Notes: generated by a model not told the origin, from the sequence alone. Shown: positions 40,347-56,150, counted from the first letter of the stretch. The stretch: DNA of 64,000 nucleotides from Eledone cirrhosa (GCA_964016885.1 OZ024747.1:28272001-28336000); one strand, 5' to 3'. Made by a program: numbers and translations.

Positions 40347-42260
40347 AACCCATGCAAGCGTGGAAGGTGGACGTTAAATGATGATGATATATATATAAAC
40401 ATATCATATATATCTTTATAAACACCTCTAGAATAATTCACACTATATTAGTGCTACTGCTAACACACACACACTTATTTGAGGAGTTTTCACAATTTCC
40501 TTTACAAAATTCCCCTCAAAAGACATTGATTCAAATCGAGGTAATGGGCTAAGTCAGAACATTGCTTAAGGTGTCACAAAGTGGGATCAAACCCCAAGAC
40601 ATTTGGTTGCGAAATGAACTTTGTAACCACTTGGTCATAAGTATACCTGAAATAATGGTTTCTGATTTAGGCACAAGGCCAATAATATTTGAGGAGAGGA
40701 AAGTCTATTAAATTGACCGCAGTGTATTACTGGTACATTATTTTAAGGACCCCATAAGGATGATCGGCAAAGCTAATCTCGGTAGGATTTAGACATAAAG
40801 GGACTCAATTATATGCTGCAAAGCATGTTGTTCGGCGTTCTACCAATTCTGCCAAATCCATCACCCTCTAAAATAATAAAATCTGAGTAATATTGTTTCT
40901 TTTTTATTTTTTCATCACTCAATTATTCATATTTAATCTTATAATTCCTCGTATATTAAATATGTTAACACTAAGTTCATTATTACTTAACTGTCTCAGC
41001 TTTTAAAGTCCTGCATCGCATGAAAATGGATAAGCAAGACATTTTTGAAAAGTACTAAAAACAACATTATCACTCATCACATTATAAATTGAAGTCATTA
41101 GTTTTCTGCAGATTTTTACAATATTCTTTTTCCTATAAACCTTTGAATCAACAAACCACATGAAACAACATTAGCAAGGCATTCTTGGAAAGTATATAAC
41201 AGCCCTATGAATGCATCATATCAAGAATTAAAGTCTACTTTAATGCTTCAAGTTTTCACAACAATCTGTTGACTAGTAAAGATACCATAAACATTTGAAT
41301 TAAGAAATCCCGTTTTAGATATTTTTCTGCTTAATAATTGGAGGATGTTAAGATAACGTACATATTACTGATCTTGCTTCTGTGGAATATGGGCAGATGA
41401 CATAACGGAAAGAAACAAGGTTAACAGGTGATTTGGAGATTCACGGTATCAAGGATTCTTTACACACATGACACTCTTGTATCGATTACAGGGCAAATGT
41501 TATTTCGAAGTACTGCAGAGATTAGAAAAGTAAATATTCATTGTAAGAGTTTTGGTGGGAGCTGGGTGATATTATGTAGGACAAGGAATCATTGTCATGT
41601 GGTTGATTATGTTTTGAATTTTGAGTAAATAGAGTATCAAGATTTAATATGAACTAGTCATGCATACACACATACATGCATACATACATACATACATACA
41701 TACATACGTACATACATGATGGCTGCAAATTCTGCTAAGAGTACTGCCATTGCTTGTCAGATTATAGAGTTTGGTGCACGTTTAGGCTACGCCCAGCCAC
41801 AAGAACCTGTAACATATCCTGAACAAGCAATGTCTGTACTTTGAAGGTTTTTTAAGTGGGGAGAGGCCTTGCACTCGACAAAATCCCCCTCTCTGAACAT
41901 CAAAAACACTACCCGAAAAGAAGAACTGGTTAACATCAACTGGTCATACATACATATATACATACATACACAGGAGCTACACAATTAAGAGAGGTATATA
42001 GTATGTATTTCACATAAACATCTAGTTTGTACATATATTTATTTAAACAAGGTTGGCTAACTTATGAAGTACTGGGAAATTTGAAAATTGAAAATACAGT
42101 TACCACAATTCACATAACTCTAATAATAGCTGATAACCTTAAATAAGAGGTGAATAAAACCAGGTAAAGTACTCTGTCAAGCCTTTCCATCTCTAAGTGT
42201 ACTTAACCTGATTTATTCAATTATTAATTATATCTATCAACCATTATTGTATTTATTTGC

Positions 42261-42443
42261 GCGGTGGATTGGCAGTATCGGTAGAGGGTCGGACGCCATG
42301 CTTTCCAGCATAGTTACGTCCCTTTACGATCTGAGTTATAATCCCGCCGAGGTTGACTTTGCCTTTCATCCTTACAGGGTCGATAAAATAAAGTACCAGT
42401 AATGCATTGGGTAATTGCTGGCCTTGTGCCTAAAGTAGAAACA
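42261..42443 (+). mobile_element. Full-length tRNA-derived SINE with 18-bp TSD
   Basis: A box TGGCAGTATCGG and B-box-like GAGTTATAATCC. TSD attattgtatttatttgc at 42243-42260 and 42444-42461. Confidence 0.9.
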
Positions 42444-42480
42444 ATTATTGTATTTATTTGCATCGGTTCCTATATTTTTG

Positions 42481-42516
<36 letters not shown>

Positions 42517-42548
42517 TGTATATATATATATATGTATATATATATATG

Positions 42549-42627
<79 letters not shown>

Positions 42628-42752
42628 ATTGGATATATGAGAGGGATGAACACAGATATAACTATACATGTGTTCCAATTGCAAATGACCAAGTTAGCTA
42701 ATTGTAAAAGACTATTTTGAGTTTTTAACTCAATCTATGATATATATATATA

Positions 42753-43410
42753 CGTGAACGGCAAAGCATAAACGAACTAAGGGAGAAATTAGGAATAAGA
42801 GGGATCAGATGTTGTTTACTCGAGAGAAGACTACGTTGGTACGGTCACGTGATGTGCATGAAAGACGACAGCTGTATAAAAAAGTGCAGGGCAATAAAAA
42901 TTAGACTGTTGCCACGGAGTAGGCAGACCCAGAAAAACCTGGGATGACTTGATAAATTCCGACCTCACACACTTACATCTCTCCAAGACAATGTCACTGG
43001 ACCGAGATCTTTGGCACTACACAGTAATACAGAAGACCCGCCTTGCCTAAGTACAAAGCGAAACCTACAGTCAGCAGGCACCTCTAACAAAAATACCCCC
43101 CCCCCCCACACCTTAAATGTGAAGTTATGTTGGTACCACAACATCCAGCCTGAAACAAATGAGGCCGTGTAGGTGTCATGACAAAAAAACACAGTCCACG
43201 CTGTAATGTGGCCGTGTAGGTAACACGGTAAAAACCTCCCAGTCCACACTGTAAACCTGGTTCGTGTTAGGAAGGGCATCCAGCCGTAGAAAACCCGCCA
43301 GACAGTCCTATACGAGCAGGACAACCACTCTTGCCTCAAGTGGGAAAACTCCCGTCCAAACCCATGCAAGCGTGGAAGATGGACGTTAAACGATGATGAT
43401 GATGATGATG
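42753..43410 (+). mobile_element. RTE-clade LINE 3' fragment, same subfamily as 24503-25842
   Basis: Close match to the reverse complement of ~24503-25185, ending in (gat)n. Confidence 0.88.
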
Positions 43411-43743
43411 ATATATATATATATATATAGGGTAAAGACCCCCTTTGGTCACAAATGACCATGGGATTTGCACCTAGAAAGTTCTTCTCCGAGGCGCCAG
43501 TTACGGGAAATGTTGTTTGTGGAAGACGAGCAGTCACCCATATATACCAGTTTCCCCTCTCCACGCCACCTATGTTGTCCAAGGGAAAGGCTAAGAGCAA
43601 TATAGCTTGGCACCTCATTTCTACAACTCATTTCTACAGCTGATTTCTACAGCTGAATGTAATTGCAAATTTCTTCTTTTTCTTTTTACATTTCCAAGAT
43701 ATAATCGTTGTGATGCCAAGATGTTTCATTATTCACCATATAA

Positions 43744-44120
43744 ATAATAATGAAATTATTGTGTACAGTGCTCAGGTGCACTACAACTCGTCAAAGGTGC
43801 ATGTATAGTACATAGAAAAATATACAAATGTCAGGGAAGTGAATAGTGTATGAGACATGAAATACATGTGTGCGTGTGTATGGAGGGAGAATATTAGGTG
43901 TAGTAGTGTTGGCGAATCTCAGGATGCATGGAGGTTTTAAAGGATGCAGTGTCTCAACAGCTAATAACTGATGAAGATAGTTTATTCCATGCCTCAGCAA
44001 CTCTGAGCATGAAAAAATGTTTCCAAAAGTAATGGGAGCTGTGCTGTTTTCTGACTTTGTGGGCATGCGCTCGTGTGTTAGACACGTGGAAATCAAAAAG
44101 GTACTCAGGGTTGTTGTTGG
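43744..44120 (-). mobile_element. CR1/L2-like LINE 3' end
   Basis: A minus frame reads HFFMLRVAEAWNKL...SFK (CR1-type FF..RV...WN.L). The same tail recurs inverted at ~48167-48220. Confidence 0.6.
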
Positions 44121-44325
44121 CAAGATGGTTATAAAGTCATATCAAACAGTTTACTGCTACAATTATTGTATAGCAGTACTCTTAGGCAAGGTATATAATT
44201 CTACTTGTCTTATTTTACCTGACTGACTAAACAAACGAAGATAAAAAAATGGTTGGAAAACACTTTAAAATATTTTAAAATTCACCAATAAATTCACAAA
44301 GAAAATCAGTGTAAGTCTGAAAATT

Positions 44326-44331
44326 TTTATT
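44326..44331 (-). promoter_or_regulatory. Candidate polyadenylation signal of the cathepsin L-like gene
   Basis: AATAAA on the minus strand ~180 nt after the stop codon. Confidence 0.55.
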
Positions 44332-44509
44332 TGCTTTTGAGGTGAAAAGCTGTTATAATTCTTATATTAACTGTAAAATAGTTGAATAAACCAAGTACAT
44401 TGCTTTTGGAAGTGGAGAAAGGTGAACAGAGATTCCAATGACAGCTTTTCACCATGGAAGTAAATATATTTCAAACTTAAAAATTTGTGATGAAGAGTCA
44501 TGTGGTAAT

Positions 44510-44644
<135 letters not shown>

Positions 44645-45097
44645 TTAAGTAGTAAATAATACACTACTAATGTGTCATAGTAACAAGTTATTATTAGTGC
44701 AGTATAATAGGCATGACATAGTAAGATATCATAAGAAGGTCATAGAATTCTGATGGGTCATAGTAACATGTCATAATAGGGGTATAGATTTCTGTTGGGT
44801 TATAATAAAATGTCATAGAATTATGATAGATCATGATTAACACTTTATGATAGGTTCATAGAATTCTGCTGGGACATAGTAACATGACATAATTGCATCA
44901 TAGAATTCTAATGGGCCATAGAAGTATGTCATAGTTGCATTATAGAAATATGACATGTATGTGAGAGAGAGCAAGAGAGGAAGAAATTAGAGAGGAAAAA
45001 GAGAGAGGGGAGAGAAGGAGAGAGAGAGAGAAAGAAAGAAAGAGATTGATAGATAGAGAGAGAAAGTGAGAAAATAGAGACAAATATAATGATTTAC

Positions 45098-45363
45098 CTG
45101 TTTTTTACCAACCAATAATCCTGTCCATTATTTGTGCCATATCCAACCACTAAAACCCCATGATTCAACTTGTGATAACATTCTCTACTTAAGAAAATAC
45201 CATGTCTGTAAAACCGGAATGTTCTGGGACTGGCATCAATAGCAACAGAGATGGGTCCCACATTGGCCACTGCTATCTGTAAGTCTGCCTCTGTCTTTGG
45301 AATATCCACATAACCTTTGTCAAAGGTCACTACTCTGTTCCTGTCATATCGACAAGACATTCT
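45098..45363 (-). CDS. CTSL: Cathepsin L-like, coding exon 6 (catalytic His and Asn)
   Basis: RMSCRY...[11 protein letters not shown]...[11 protein letters not shown]...YWLVKN. AG/GT boundaries; phases 0 and 2 fit the neighbouring exons. Confidence 0.95.
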
Positions 45364-45466
45364 CTATAATGAGAAAATAGCAGTACATGTTAAATAGTAT
45401 AGAGTACATGTATGCAAAATGGTTTCTAAAAAATAATTCCTGATAGATGGAGAGAGATGCACACAC

Positions 45467-46870
<1,404 letters not shown>

Positions 46871-47032
46871 ATATATATATATATATTTAATTGGTGGTAG
46901 ACAGCATTTAAGCATAATAGGGGTGTATATTAAAACATATATAAACATATATATGTTTATATACAATAAACATATGGGTAGCCTTGCTGCTGAAGAAAAT
47001 TATTTTTCATAACGTAAAAATTGCATACATAC

Positions 47033-47063
<31 letters not shown>

Positions 47064-47156
47064 TGTATGTATGTATGTATGTATGTATGTATGTATGTAT
47101 GTATGTATGTATGTATGTATGTATGTATGTATGTATGTATGTATGTATGCATGTAT

Positions 47157-48052
47157 GTATGTTCTTCTGGTTTTATAATTTCACAAATTTTTTCCCAATA
47201 GAGAGAGAGTCGGTTTCTAACATAGACACAAGACTCTCTCATTGGAATTTACACAACATCAACTAGGTAGATATGTATGTATGCATGTGTAGATATGGAT
47301 GTTATTGTATGTGTGGATGTGTATGTTTTGAGTTGTATGTGTGCATGTGTATATGCTTTGTATCTGTACATGTGTATATGCAGTTATTAGATGCAAAATG
47401 TTTGGAATGTTTTACATATTTTTACTGTTCCATTAATCGATTGTACTTGTAATTTCCTAACTAGTTGTGTTCTTTCTGTTCCTGTGAAGCCTAGCTTCTC
47501 AAGATTTGTATTGAGGCAGTTACTAACATATCCCAGTGCCCCAATAATCACAGGCATAAATCTGAAGGTGTAATTAATCAGGGTGGAGTATCTGCAGATT
47601 TCTCATCAGTTCTGCATAAATATTCTCCTTTTTGCTAATCTTTGATATTATATTGGCATCTGCTGGGCAGCTAATTTCCATTACTGTGCATGCTTTCTTC
47701 TCCCTGTCCCATATCATAATATCTGGTCTGTTATGTCTGCATTTTATTGGGGTTTTTACTGGAACATTCCATCAGTACTATTTCATATTATGTACGTGGA
47801 TGTCTTCCACATTGCTGTAGCTTTTAATGTGTTTATTATCGGGGCTATCTTTTTTACGGACTGCATTGTACAGTGTTTTGGCCACTACATCTTGCCTCAT
47901 AGGTAGATAGTACCGTGATGACATCTTTGGACAGCTGCAGATGACATGGGTGATATCCTTGATGTTAGTTCTGCAGAGTCTGCACTTGTTATCACATCTA
48001 GGTGTTTTGCCTGCATCCCTATCTCTTTTGTGAATCAGGTATTTTGTGTTAA
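47157..48052 (-). mobile_element. R4/Dong-like LINE 3' fragment (CCHC knuckle + RLE) embedded in (TATG)n
   Basis: CRLCRTNIKDITHVICSC followed by RPDIMIWDREKKACTVMEISCP, with (TATG)n on both sides. Confidence 0.75.
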
Positions 48053-48332
48053 TTGTATGTATGAGTGTATGTATGTATGTGTGTATGTATGTATGTATGT
48101 ATGTATGTATGTATGTATGTATGTATGTATGTATGTATGTATGTATGTATGTATGTATGTATTTATGTGACGAGTTGTAGTGCACCTGAGCACTTTACAC
48201 AATAATTTCATTATTATTTTTTTTTTATGTATCTAATGGGCAACAAATGAAAGCTGTCATGTTCCTTCATTCAAAATCGAAGTGGAGGACATAATTAAAA
48301 GGGTCATATTTGTTATTGATCTAGATGGAACA

Positions 48333-48363
<31 letters not shown>

Positions 48364-48507
48364 CATGCAAAAGCTATGTAACATCCACATTGTGTAGTCT
48401 CTTCCATATAAAAATTTGTTTCAGTGTAAATAAAAATGTTACATTAAAACTTTTAATTAATATACACTAATTTAACACACCCACATTACATTAGAATTAA
48501 TACTTAC

Positions 48508-48605
48508 TGCAGCTTCATATGGATAGGATTTTTCAGATTCTATACCATACATTCTTATATATCTGAATGCTTTGTCCATAAGTCCTCCCCCACAGCCATT
48601 GTTTC
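48508..48605 (-). CDS. CTSL: Cathepsin L-like, coding exon 5
   Basis: (G)[32 protein letters not shown], with tttcag / gtaagt boundaries. Confidence 0.93.
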
Positions 48606-49771
48606 CTGAAATGATTTAAGGAAATTTCAGAACAGAATAAATATTTGAGGCACGTACCATAACCCATGTTTGATATTTTCTGAGTTTGAGAAACATTTGT
48701 AATGGCTATTTTAAAACATTTTATGTGTTTCAAGTCTTTTCAATATCATTTACCATGTAAAATGTAAACTTATTGTACAAAATTAGATTTAGAACTATAC
48801 AAGCAGGGTCTGTATTTTAAAATAATCACTGTTCTGCTTCTAAACTTTATGTATACATACATACTATGATGGCTTCTATAGATATCGAATCGGGAAAGTT
48901 TGAATAATAAAGATTTGAATAATAAAGAAATAATAAAGATTTGAATAATAAAGAAATATTTAAAAAATCATTAAGAAAAAAGGCAAAACTTGAACAAAAT
49001 TGTATTTTATAATATAACATGTTTGAAGACATAATCTATTGACAGAATATCTGTCACTATTTCAAGACATGGTCTATTGACAGAATATCTATCAAGGTTT
49101 TCTGACAAGATCTATTGACATAACATCTGTTATAGTTTCCTGACAAAATCTATTGACAGAATATCTGTCACTGTTTCAAGACACAATTTATTGATAAAAT
49201 GACCTTAACTGTTACAAAACAAGATTTATTGACAGGATGATCATAACTGTTTCAAGACATGAATTCAAACCAAGAATCTCGCAAAGGAAAATAATAGCTT
49301 AGAACAAACAGATTAAAATTATATTTATTGTCTCTGTATGAAAAATATATTTCAATTGAGAGGTATTAACTGTGTAAATGAAGTAGCTGTATAAAATTTG
49401 GTTAACAAATCTACAAAGCAGAGAATATTTCTATCCATTCATGGGCCCTTAATAACTGATGGACTCGTAGGGTACTGGTGTGGTAAATAGTGTCAGGCAT
49501 TTTATACCTGGTGATTCCCATGCAACTCCAGATCTGGAGACAGCGAATTTCTTCCAGAGAGAGAGAGGGTGAGAGAGAATCAACACCAGTACTGGACTGG
49601 TACTATATATAGGTACTATATTTATCCTCCCTGAAAGGATGAAAGGCAAAATTGAATTTAATAAGATGTAATCAGAGTGGCAATATCTGGAATGAATACC
49701 ACAAAGCATTTTAATCAACCTTCTACTGACTCTGTCAATTCACAACCTTAGAAAATATTTATAAAAAACTA

Positions 49772-49999
<228 letters not shown>

Positions 50000-50004
50000 T
50001 TATG

Positions 50005-50318
50005 TATGTTCTTCTGGTTTTTATAATTTCAGAAATTTTTGCTAATAGAGAGAGAGTAGGTTTCTAACATAGATACAAGACTCTCTCATTGGAATTTACA
50101 CATCAACTAGGTAGATATGGATGCATGTCTGCATGCATGTGTGAGCAGGTATGGATATTATTGTATGTGTGGAGGTGTATGTTTTGAGTTGTATGTGTGC
50201 ATGTGCATACACTTTGTATTTGTAAAGATACAAAGCAGAATTTTTGATGCAGAATTTTTGGAATGTTTTACATATTTTTACTGTTCCATTAATGGATTGT
50301 ACTTGTAATTTCTTAACT
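50005..50318 (-). mobile_element. Second, shorter copy of the R4/Dong-like 3' end, again abutting (TATG)n
   Basis: Aligns with ~47157-47465. Confidence 0.7.
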
Positions 50319-50329
50319 ATGTATGTATC

Positions 50330-50640
50330 TGAAGGTGCATGGCTTTCTGACTCATGATCGTAAGTTCGTGAGTTCGATTCCTAGCGATGTGTTGGGTCCT
50401 TGAGCAAGACACTTTATTTCACGCTGCTCTAGTCAACTCAGCTGGCAAAAATGAGTTGTACCTGTAATTTGAAGGGCCAGCCTGTCATATCCAATGTCAC
50501 GCTGAATCTCCTTGAGAACCATGTTATGGGTACACATGTCTATAGAATGCTCAGCTACTTGAATGTTAATTTCACGAGCAGTTCTGTTGATCGGATCAAC
50601 TGGAACACTCATTGTCGTTGACGAAGAAGTACCAGTTTAG
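50330..50640 (+). mobile_element. CORE-like SINE
   Basis: B box GAGTTCGATTCC followed by tccttgagcaagacactt. Confidence 0.65.
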
Positions 50641-51333
50641 TTTATGTATGTATGTATGTAGGTGCGTGTATGTATATATGTTTGACTCTATATATATATG
50701 TGAGTACAATTTCCAGTGGTGTGATAATGGTAGTTGTAATAGTAGTGATGGTGGTAGTGATAATATTAGAGATGATAGTGGTAGTGCTGATGGTAGTGTG
50801 ACAGTGATGCTAGTAATGATGATCATGGTAGTAATGACATTAGCGATGCTGGTAGTAATGATGATAGTGATGATAGTTGTGATGCAGGTAGTGATAGTGG
50901 TAATAATGATAATGGTAGTGATGATGGTGGAAGTGATAATGATAGTGATAATGATGGTTGTGATAGTAGTGATGTTAACTAAGACAGATTTCTTATGTTT
51001 AACTGTTAACATCCTGTAATGATTTAGCAGAAATTGTCTAAAAATAGGTTTGTTAATTCAAATTTTTGTAATATCTTTATTAGTAGAGAGATCATTGTGA
51101 ACCTTTGCAATATTGGAGTAAAGAATTCAATTTTTAATGTAATGCAGTCATAATGCTCTTTTGTACTTTTCAAGAATGTCTTGCTAATGTGGTTTGTGAG
51201 TTCAAATGTTTATAGTATCTTTAGAAGTGGATGTATAATTGTGAACATTTTCGGTGTTAGAGTAAATACTTTAATTTTTAATGTGATGCAGTCTATTAGT
51301 GTTGTTTTATTTTTCAAGAATATCTTTTCTTGC

Positions 51334-51480
51334 CTGATTTTTAACTCTTGTTACATATCCCTTTGTTCTCCAGTCAACCATTTCAGGCAAATACTCTACA
51401 CTGTTACTAATAAATGAAGTCTCTGCGCTCTGGTTGTAAGAAAGATAATGATTCCTCTGTTCTAGGAACTCTTCATCACT
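51334..51480 (-). CDS. CTSL: Cathepsin L-like, coding exon 3 (propeptide end and mature N-terminus), GC donor
   Basis: SDEEF...YLPEMVDWRTKGYVTRVKNQ, 147 nt, followed by CAG|GCAAGA. Confidence 0.9.
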
Positions 51481-51594
51481 CTGAAAACAGAAAAACACAA
51501 ACAACAGGCAAATGTAAAACATCATTGAAAAATATTTGATAAAGTTGTGTGTGTGTGCACACACGCGCAAGTGTATGTATGTGTGACGTTGTTA

Positions 51595-51996
51595 TCTTTA
51601 TATATATAAAAGCGAGTATGTGTCTGTGTACAACTTGGCATGCATAAGGCTTTCACAATTACCAACCGGATTTGACCAAATTTTCTGTGCACGTTGTACA
51701 GGTCGATAAGATTGTTACATCACAAACATTTTTCAAATCGACCCACGTTGAGCAATAAAAAATCGATATCAAAATTATCGGTAGAAAAATTGATGTAAGG
51801 GAGATAACAAACTTTATTGACAATGCTTATAAAAAAGGGAGATAACCTTTTCACCAAATATATTCGTTTGCATTAATTATTGAAGACTTCTGTTTATTTT
51901 GACAGGTTGGGGACAAATAATGTTCTTCTTTTACTTCCTAGCTGTATATTCTTAGCATAATTTCAAACCCCGAGAAACGCCAGGTAAATCTGCTAG
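51595..51996 (+). mobile_element. Non-autonomous Helitron
   Basis: Starts A|TC(tttatatatataaaa) and ends with a GC-rich subterminal hairpin (cccgagaaacgccagg) then CTAG|T. Confidence 0.7.
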
Positions 51997-53212
51997 TTGT
52001 GAATAAAGGAAAAGTCTGTAGTGGATAATTGATGTAGCCTCATCAGGGGTCAACAGAGTATTTGAGGAGGAAAATGAAATGATGAAGAGTGATCTACAAT
52101 ATGATAAAGTTTGAAGTCACACCAGAAATATGAACATGGAATGCTTCTCTATCCCAGCTTAACTCCAGGGTTTATTTTAACTCTTTTGAAATCAATCAGC
52201 CCAAAACTAGCTCTGGTTGTATGAAACAAAGCAACCCTTTTTAAAGGCTTCCTATTTAAATCTAAATCTTCCAACACAATTTTATATAAAACCCATACAT
52301 TAAGTTATTATCTTAGTACTGAAATAATTAGTAATTTTAGTAAACCCCTTAAAAATTTTCATTGACTATTTGAAATAGAATGTATTTCATTAGAAATATG
52401 GTCATGAAAAAGTTAAGGAAATTTTAGAATTCTACAAATCAAAAGAAAAGCTGATGATAGTTTTGATGCAGCATCAGATACAGCTGAAGAGCCATTGTTT
52501 TTAGATTATATAGGTACCTGATACAATTTTGCAGTATTTGCTCATCTTAAATTTATGAAAGTTTTACTGTTTTAGTCATCTTTTATCATGTAGTTTTAAA
52601 CACAAAATATTAATTAAAGTATAACTCAGCATGGGTTTACAATAATGAGTGTTCTAATATTTTAACCATCATTTACCATGTATATACATGTAATATTTGA
52701 TACAAAGTGTAAACTAAAATAATATTATACATATGTAAGATCAAAAATATATTTCTTGTCATATAAACACAGTATTTTAAGTTTGAAAATACAGTCACCA
52801 TAATGTAGATAACAATAATAATAGTTGATAAATACTAATTTAATAAATCAGATAGGTTCAATCCCCCACTGATGCCTCTGTCCAATTTTACCTTTCTCCA
52901 GAGGTTCATTACCTTCATTATCAACTATTATTTATAGTTATCAAATATTATTATAGTTATTTGATTTGTGGCAACAAACATTTTCAAATATCTCTCTCAA
53001 TCAATCTGTTTCCCTCTCTACATGTCTCTACCTGTCTCTCTATTCCAGCTTCAGTCCCTTTTCCCCTTATCTCAATATGTATTCCAGCTCACTCCATCTC
53101 TCTATAACACCTATTCACTCTCTCAGTCTCTCTCACTTTCTAGCTCAGCTTTACTTCTATCTTTAATCCCTCACCACTCACTCAACAAGCAAGATAAAAG
53201 AGGCCAACTCAC

Positions 53213-53318
53213 CAGATCTGCATGTTCATTCAACCCCAGCCAGTATGTGTGAAGACCGATGTCAGCTTCCATGTTGTGTCGTTTGATGTAATTCATATTA
53301 TTTTGCCATACAACACGC
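53213..53318 (-). CDS. CTSL: Cathepsin L-like, coding exon 2 (I29 propeptide, ERF/WNIN and GxNxxxD)
   Basis: (R)RVVWQNNMNYIKRHNMEADIGLHTYWLGLNEHADL, with aag / gtgag boundaries. Phases fit. Confidence 0.92.
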
Positions 53319-53363
53319 CTTTAACAAAAATACAATATCAGCATTAGAGATAATTACATTACC

Positions 53364-54240
53364 ATGTATTCTACCTACTCCTTTCCTACACACTTACACA
53401 CTGAGCATGGCTATTTCCCAGAGGGCACATGTGCCCTATTTTCCTTTCTACATACTAGAACTTTAGTCTTAGACAAGTTAACTTTAAGGTCTTTTGATTC
53501 TAGGCCATGCTTCCATGTTTGGAATTTCTTCTCAGTTCAGCTTAGATTCAGCTATGAGAGTTAGATCATCTGCGTACAGAAGTTCCCATGGGCAGCCGAT
53601 CTTAAACGCCTCTGTTATAGCCTGAAGGGCAATAATAAACAGGAGGGGGCTAAGGACAGAGCCTTGATGAACACCAACTTTTACTCTAAATTCTTCACTA
53701 TATTCATTATTAATTCTAACCTTGCTGACTGTTTCTTTATACATGGCTTGTGTAGCTCTCACAAGCTATTCATCTACACTTAGTTTTCTAAGGGCCCACC
53801 AGATAATGGAGTGGGGGACTCTGTCAAAGGCTTTCTCCAAGTCAACAAAAGCTAAGTAGAGGGGTTTACTTTTAGCTAGGTACTTCCTGTAGTTGTCCTA
53901 CAAGGAAAAGAGCATCTGTGGTACTTTTACCTGACACAAACCCAAACTGCATTTCATCTAAATCAATTCGATCTCTGATTAGTTGTGCTATAACTCTTTC
54001 TGTGACCCTCATGACCTGGTCAACTAACTTAATGCCTCTATAGTTTCCCCTATCTAGAGCATCTCCTTTACCCTTGTAGCAGTTAACAATGATGCTGCTA
54101 CACCAGTCATTTGATATGGCCCCATTCTGTATTATTTGGTTTACTATCCAGGTGACCATAGTATGTCCCACCATTCCAGATGCCTTTAACATCTCAGCAA
54201 CTATCTCCGAAGGCCCAGCTGCCTGTCTGCATATCTTTGA
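53364..54240 (-). mobile_element. RTE-clade RT fragment (degraded)
   Basis: NYRGIKL...QFGF...STTDA and GVHQGSVLSPLLF...WELLYADD. Confidence 0.88.
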
Positions 54241-54540
54241 TTGCCTTACATATTATACTACCATTAACTTGCACTGCTGGTCCCTCTATTGGATTTGGAG
54301 CAGACTATCTTTTTCCCATTTATTCTCCTCATTTAGTAGTCTCTTGTAGTGAAACTTCCAAGCTACCTTCTTATCATCATCAATGACGGCAAGTACACCA
54401 TCATCATTATGGACATACTTCTCCCTGACAATATCATGGTTTTCCTTGACACATTGTCTTGCGATCCTGAACGCCTCACGTTTTTGGTCCTCGCGGTATA
54501 TATATATATGTGTATATATATATGTATATATATATATGTA

Positions 54541-55810
54541 TATGGGAACTTCTGTATGCGGATGATCTTACACTTATAGCTGAATCTATGGCAGAACTAA
54601 AGAAGAAATTCCAAACATGGAAGCAGGGACTAGAAACAAAGGGTCTCAAAGTCAACTTGACAAAGACTAAGCTCCTCGTAAGTAGATGAGAAAACAGAAC
54701 CCAGATCCCCTCAGGGAAATGGCCTTGCTCAGTATGTAGGAAAGGTGTAGGTAGGTATTCCATCCTCTGCTTCAAATGCAAACTATGGGTACACAAGAGA
54801 TGTAGTGGGATCTCAGGAAGCTTAGTTAAGAATGTAGGCTTTACATGTAGCAGCAGCACCAGGAGAGTAAGCAGCAGATGGCCACAGGAAACAAGCGCTA
54901 CCAAATTCTGGGAGGGCTCTGTAGAAACAGTAGACAGCTTCTGCTACCTAGGTGACAGAATTAGCAGTGGAAGTGGGTGTTCTGAAAGTATAGTAACCAG
55001 GGTAAGAACAGGATGGAAGAAGTTCAGGGAGTTACTACCACTGCTAGATGCAAATGGCTTTTCCCTCAATATGAAAGGCAGACTATATGATACGTGCATA
55101 CGAACAGCCATGTTACATGGTAGTGAGACCTGGGCATTGTGTGCAGAAAACTTGTGTCGATTAGAAAGAAACAAAGCTTGCATGCTCCAATAGTAATATG
55201 TGTGAACGGCAAAGGATAAACAAATTGAGAGAGAGACTAAGCCTAAGAGGAATCAAATGCTGTGTGCAGGAGAGGAGGTTGTGTTGGTATGGACATGTGA
55301 TGCGTATGAAGGATGACAGCTGCATAAAAAGGTGCAGAGCACTAAAAGTCGATGGAAGCCTTGGAGTGGGGAGACCCAAGAAGACCTGGGATGAGGTGAT
55401 AAGAGCTGACCTTGTCCAATTGTACCTCTCAAAGACAATGACACAGGACTGTGATTTCTGGTGTCACACAGTAATACAGAATACCTGACTTCCCACGGGT
55501 ACAAGCTGAAGCTGAAGCATATAGACGATATGCCCCACCCCCTCCCACTGCAAAGTGGTCATGGAGGTGTCATGATAAAAAAGCACCCAGCCCACACTGT
55601 AAAGGGGTCGTGTAGGCCCTATGGTAAAAAAGCATATAGCACTCACTGTAAATGAGGTTGGTGTTAGGAAGGGCATCCAGCAGTAGAAATCAAGCCAAAA
55701 TCAGTTCCCGTATGAGCAAGACAAGGTCACCCGACCTGGCACTACCCACAACAGAACTAGCTGTCCAACCTATGCTAGCATGGAAGAATGGACATAAAAC
55801 GGTGATGATG
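54541..55810 (+). mobile_element. 5'-truncated RTE-clade LINE (degraded)
   Basis: Begins WELLYADD, continues through RLCWYGHVMR...GRPKKTW and the 3'UTR, and ends in gatgatg. Confidence 0.88.
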
Positions 55811-56016
55811 ATATATATAGTTATAATAATAATAATATTTATAATTATATATGAGTTATATATAATTATAAATATGAAGGGTAGTATTAAGCACTAGCCA
55901 ATTACCAGTAAGAGAAAAGGGTCAATGTAAATTATCATATATATATATTTATACACACACACACATATATATATTATAGATATAATGGATATAAAGCTGT
56001 ATATAAATCATATTAC

Positions 56017-56150
56017 CTGTAAAGTTCTGTTTCAACATTTTCGTAATCCTTTTGGAAAGTGACTTTGTAGCTCTCCCAGTTTTCATCAATTAGAACTGAA
56101 TTGGCTGATACCAAGCTAGTAAAAGCTATAAAGTAAACTATAGAAATCAT
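56017..56150 (-). CDS. CTSL: Cathepsin L-like, coding exon 1 (signal peptide)
   Basis: MISIVYFIAFTSLVSA-NSVLIDENWESYKVTFQKDYENVETELY(R) with a GT donor. The seven exons total 975 nt = 324 aa + stop. Confidence 0.9.

Noticed and set aside
49025-49260. Degenerate ~37-bp tandem repeats (similar small arrays at ~26965-27070, ~36090-36170 and ~44660-44960)
   Set aside because: Ordinary decayed minisatellites with no constant-repeat/unique-spacer organisation.
50596-51019. Thr/Ile-rich and Val/Met-rich ORFs
   Set aside because: Low-complexity (GAT/GGT/AGT)n tract inside a cathepsin intron.
53364-55810. Divergently oriented RTE pieces as one twin-primed inverted insertion
   Set aside because: The two pieces overlap by ~230 bp of homologous sequence, differ substantially, and are separated by ~300 bp. 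Independent insertions are more likely.
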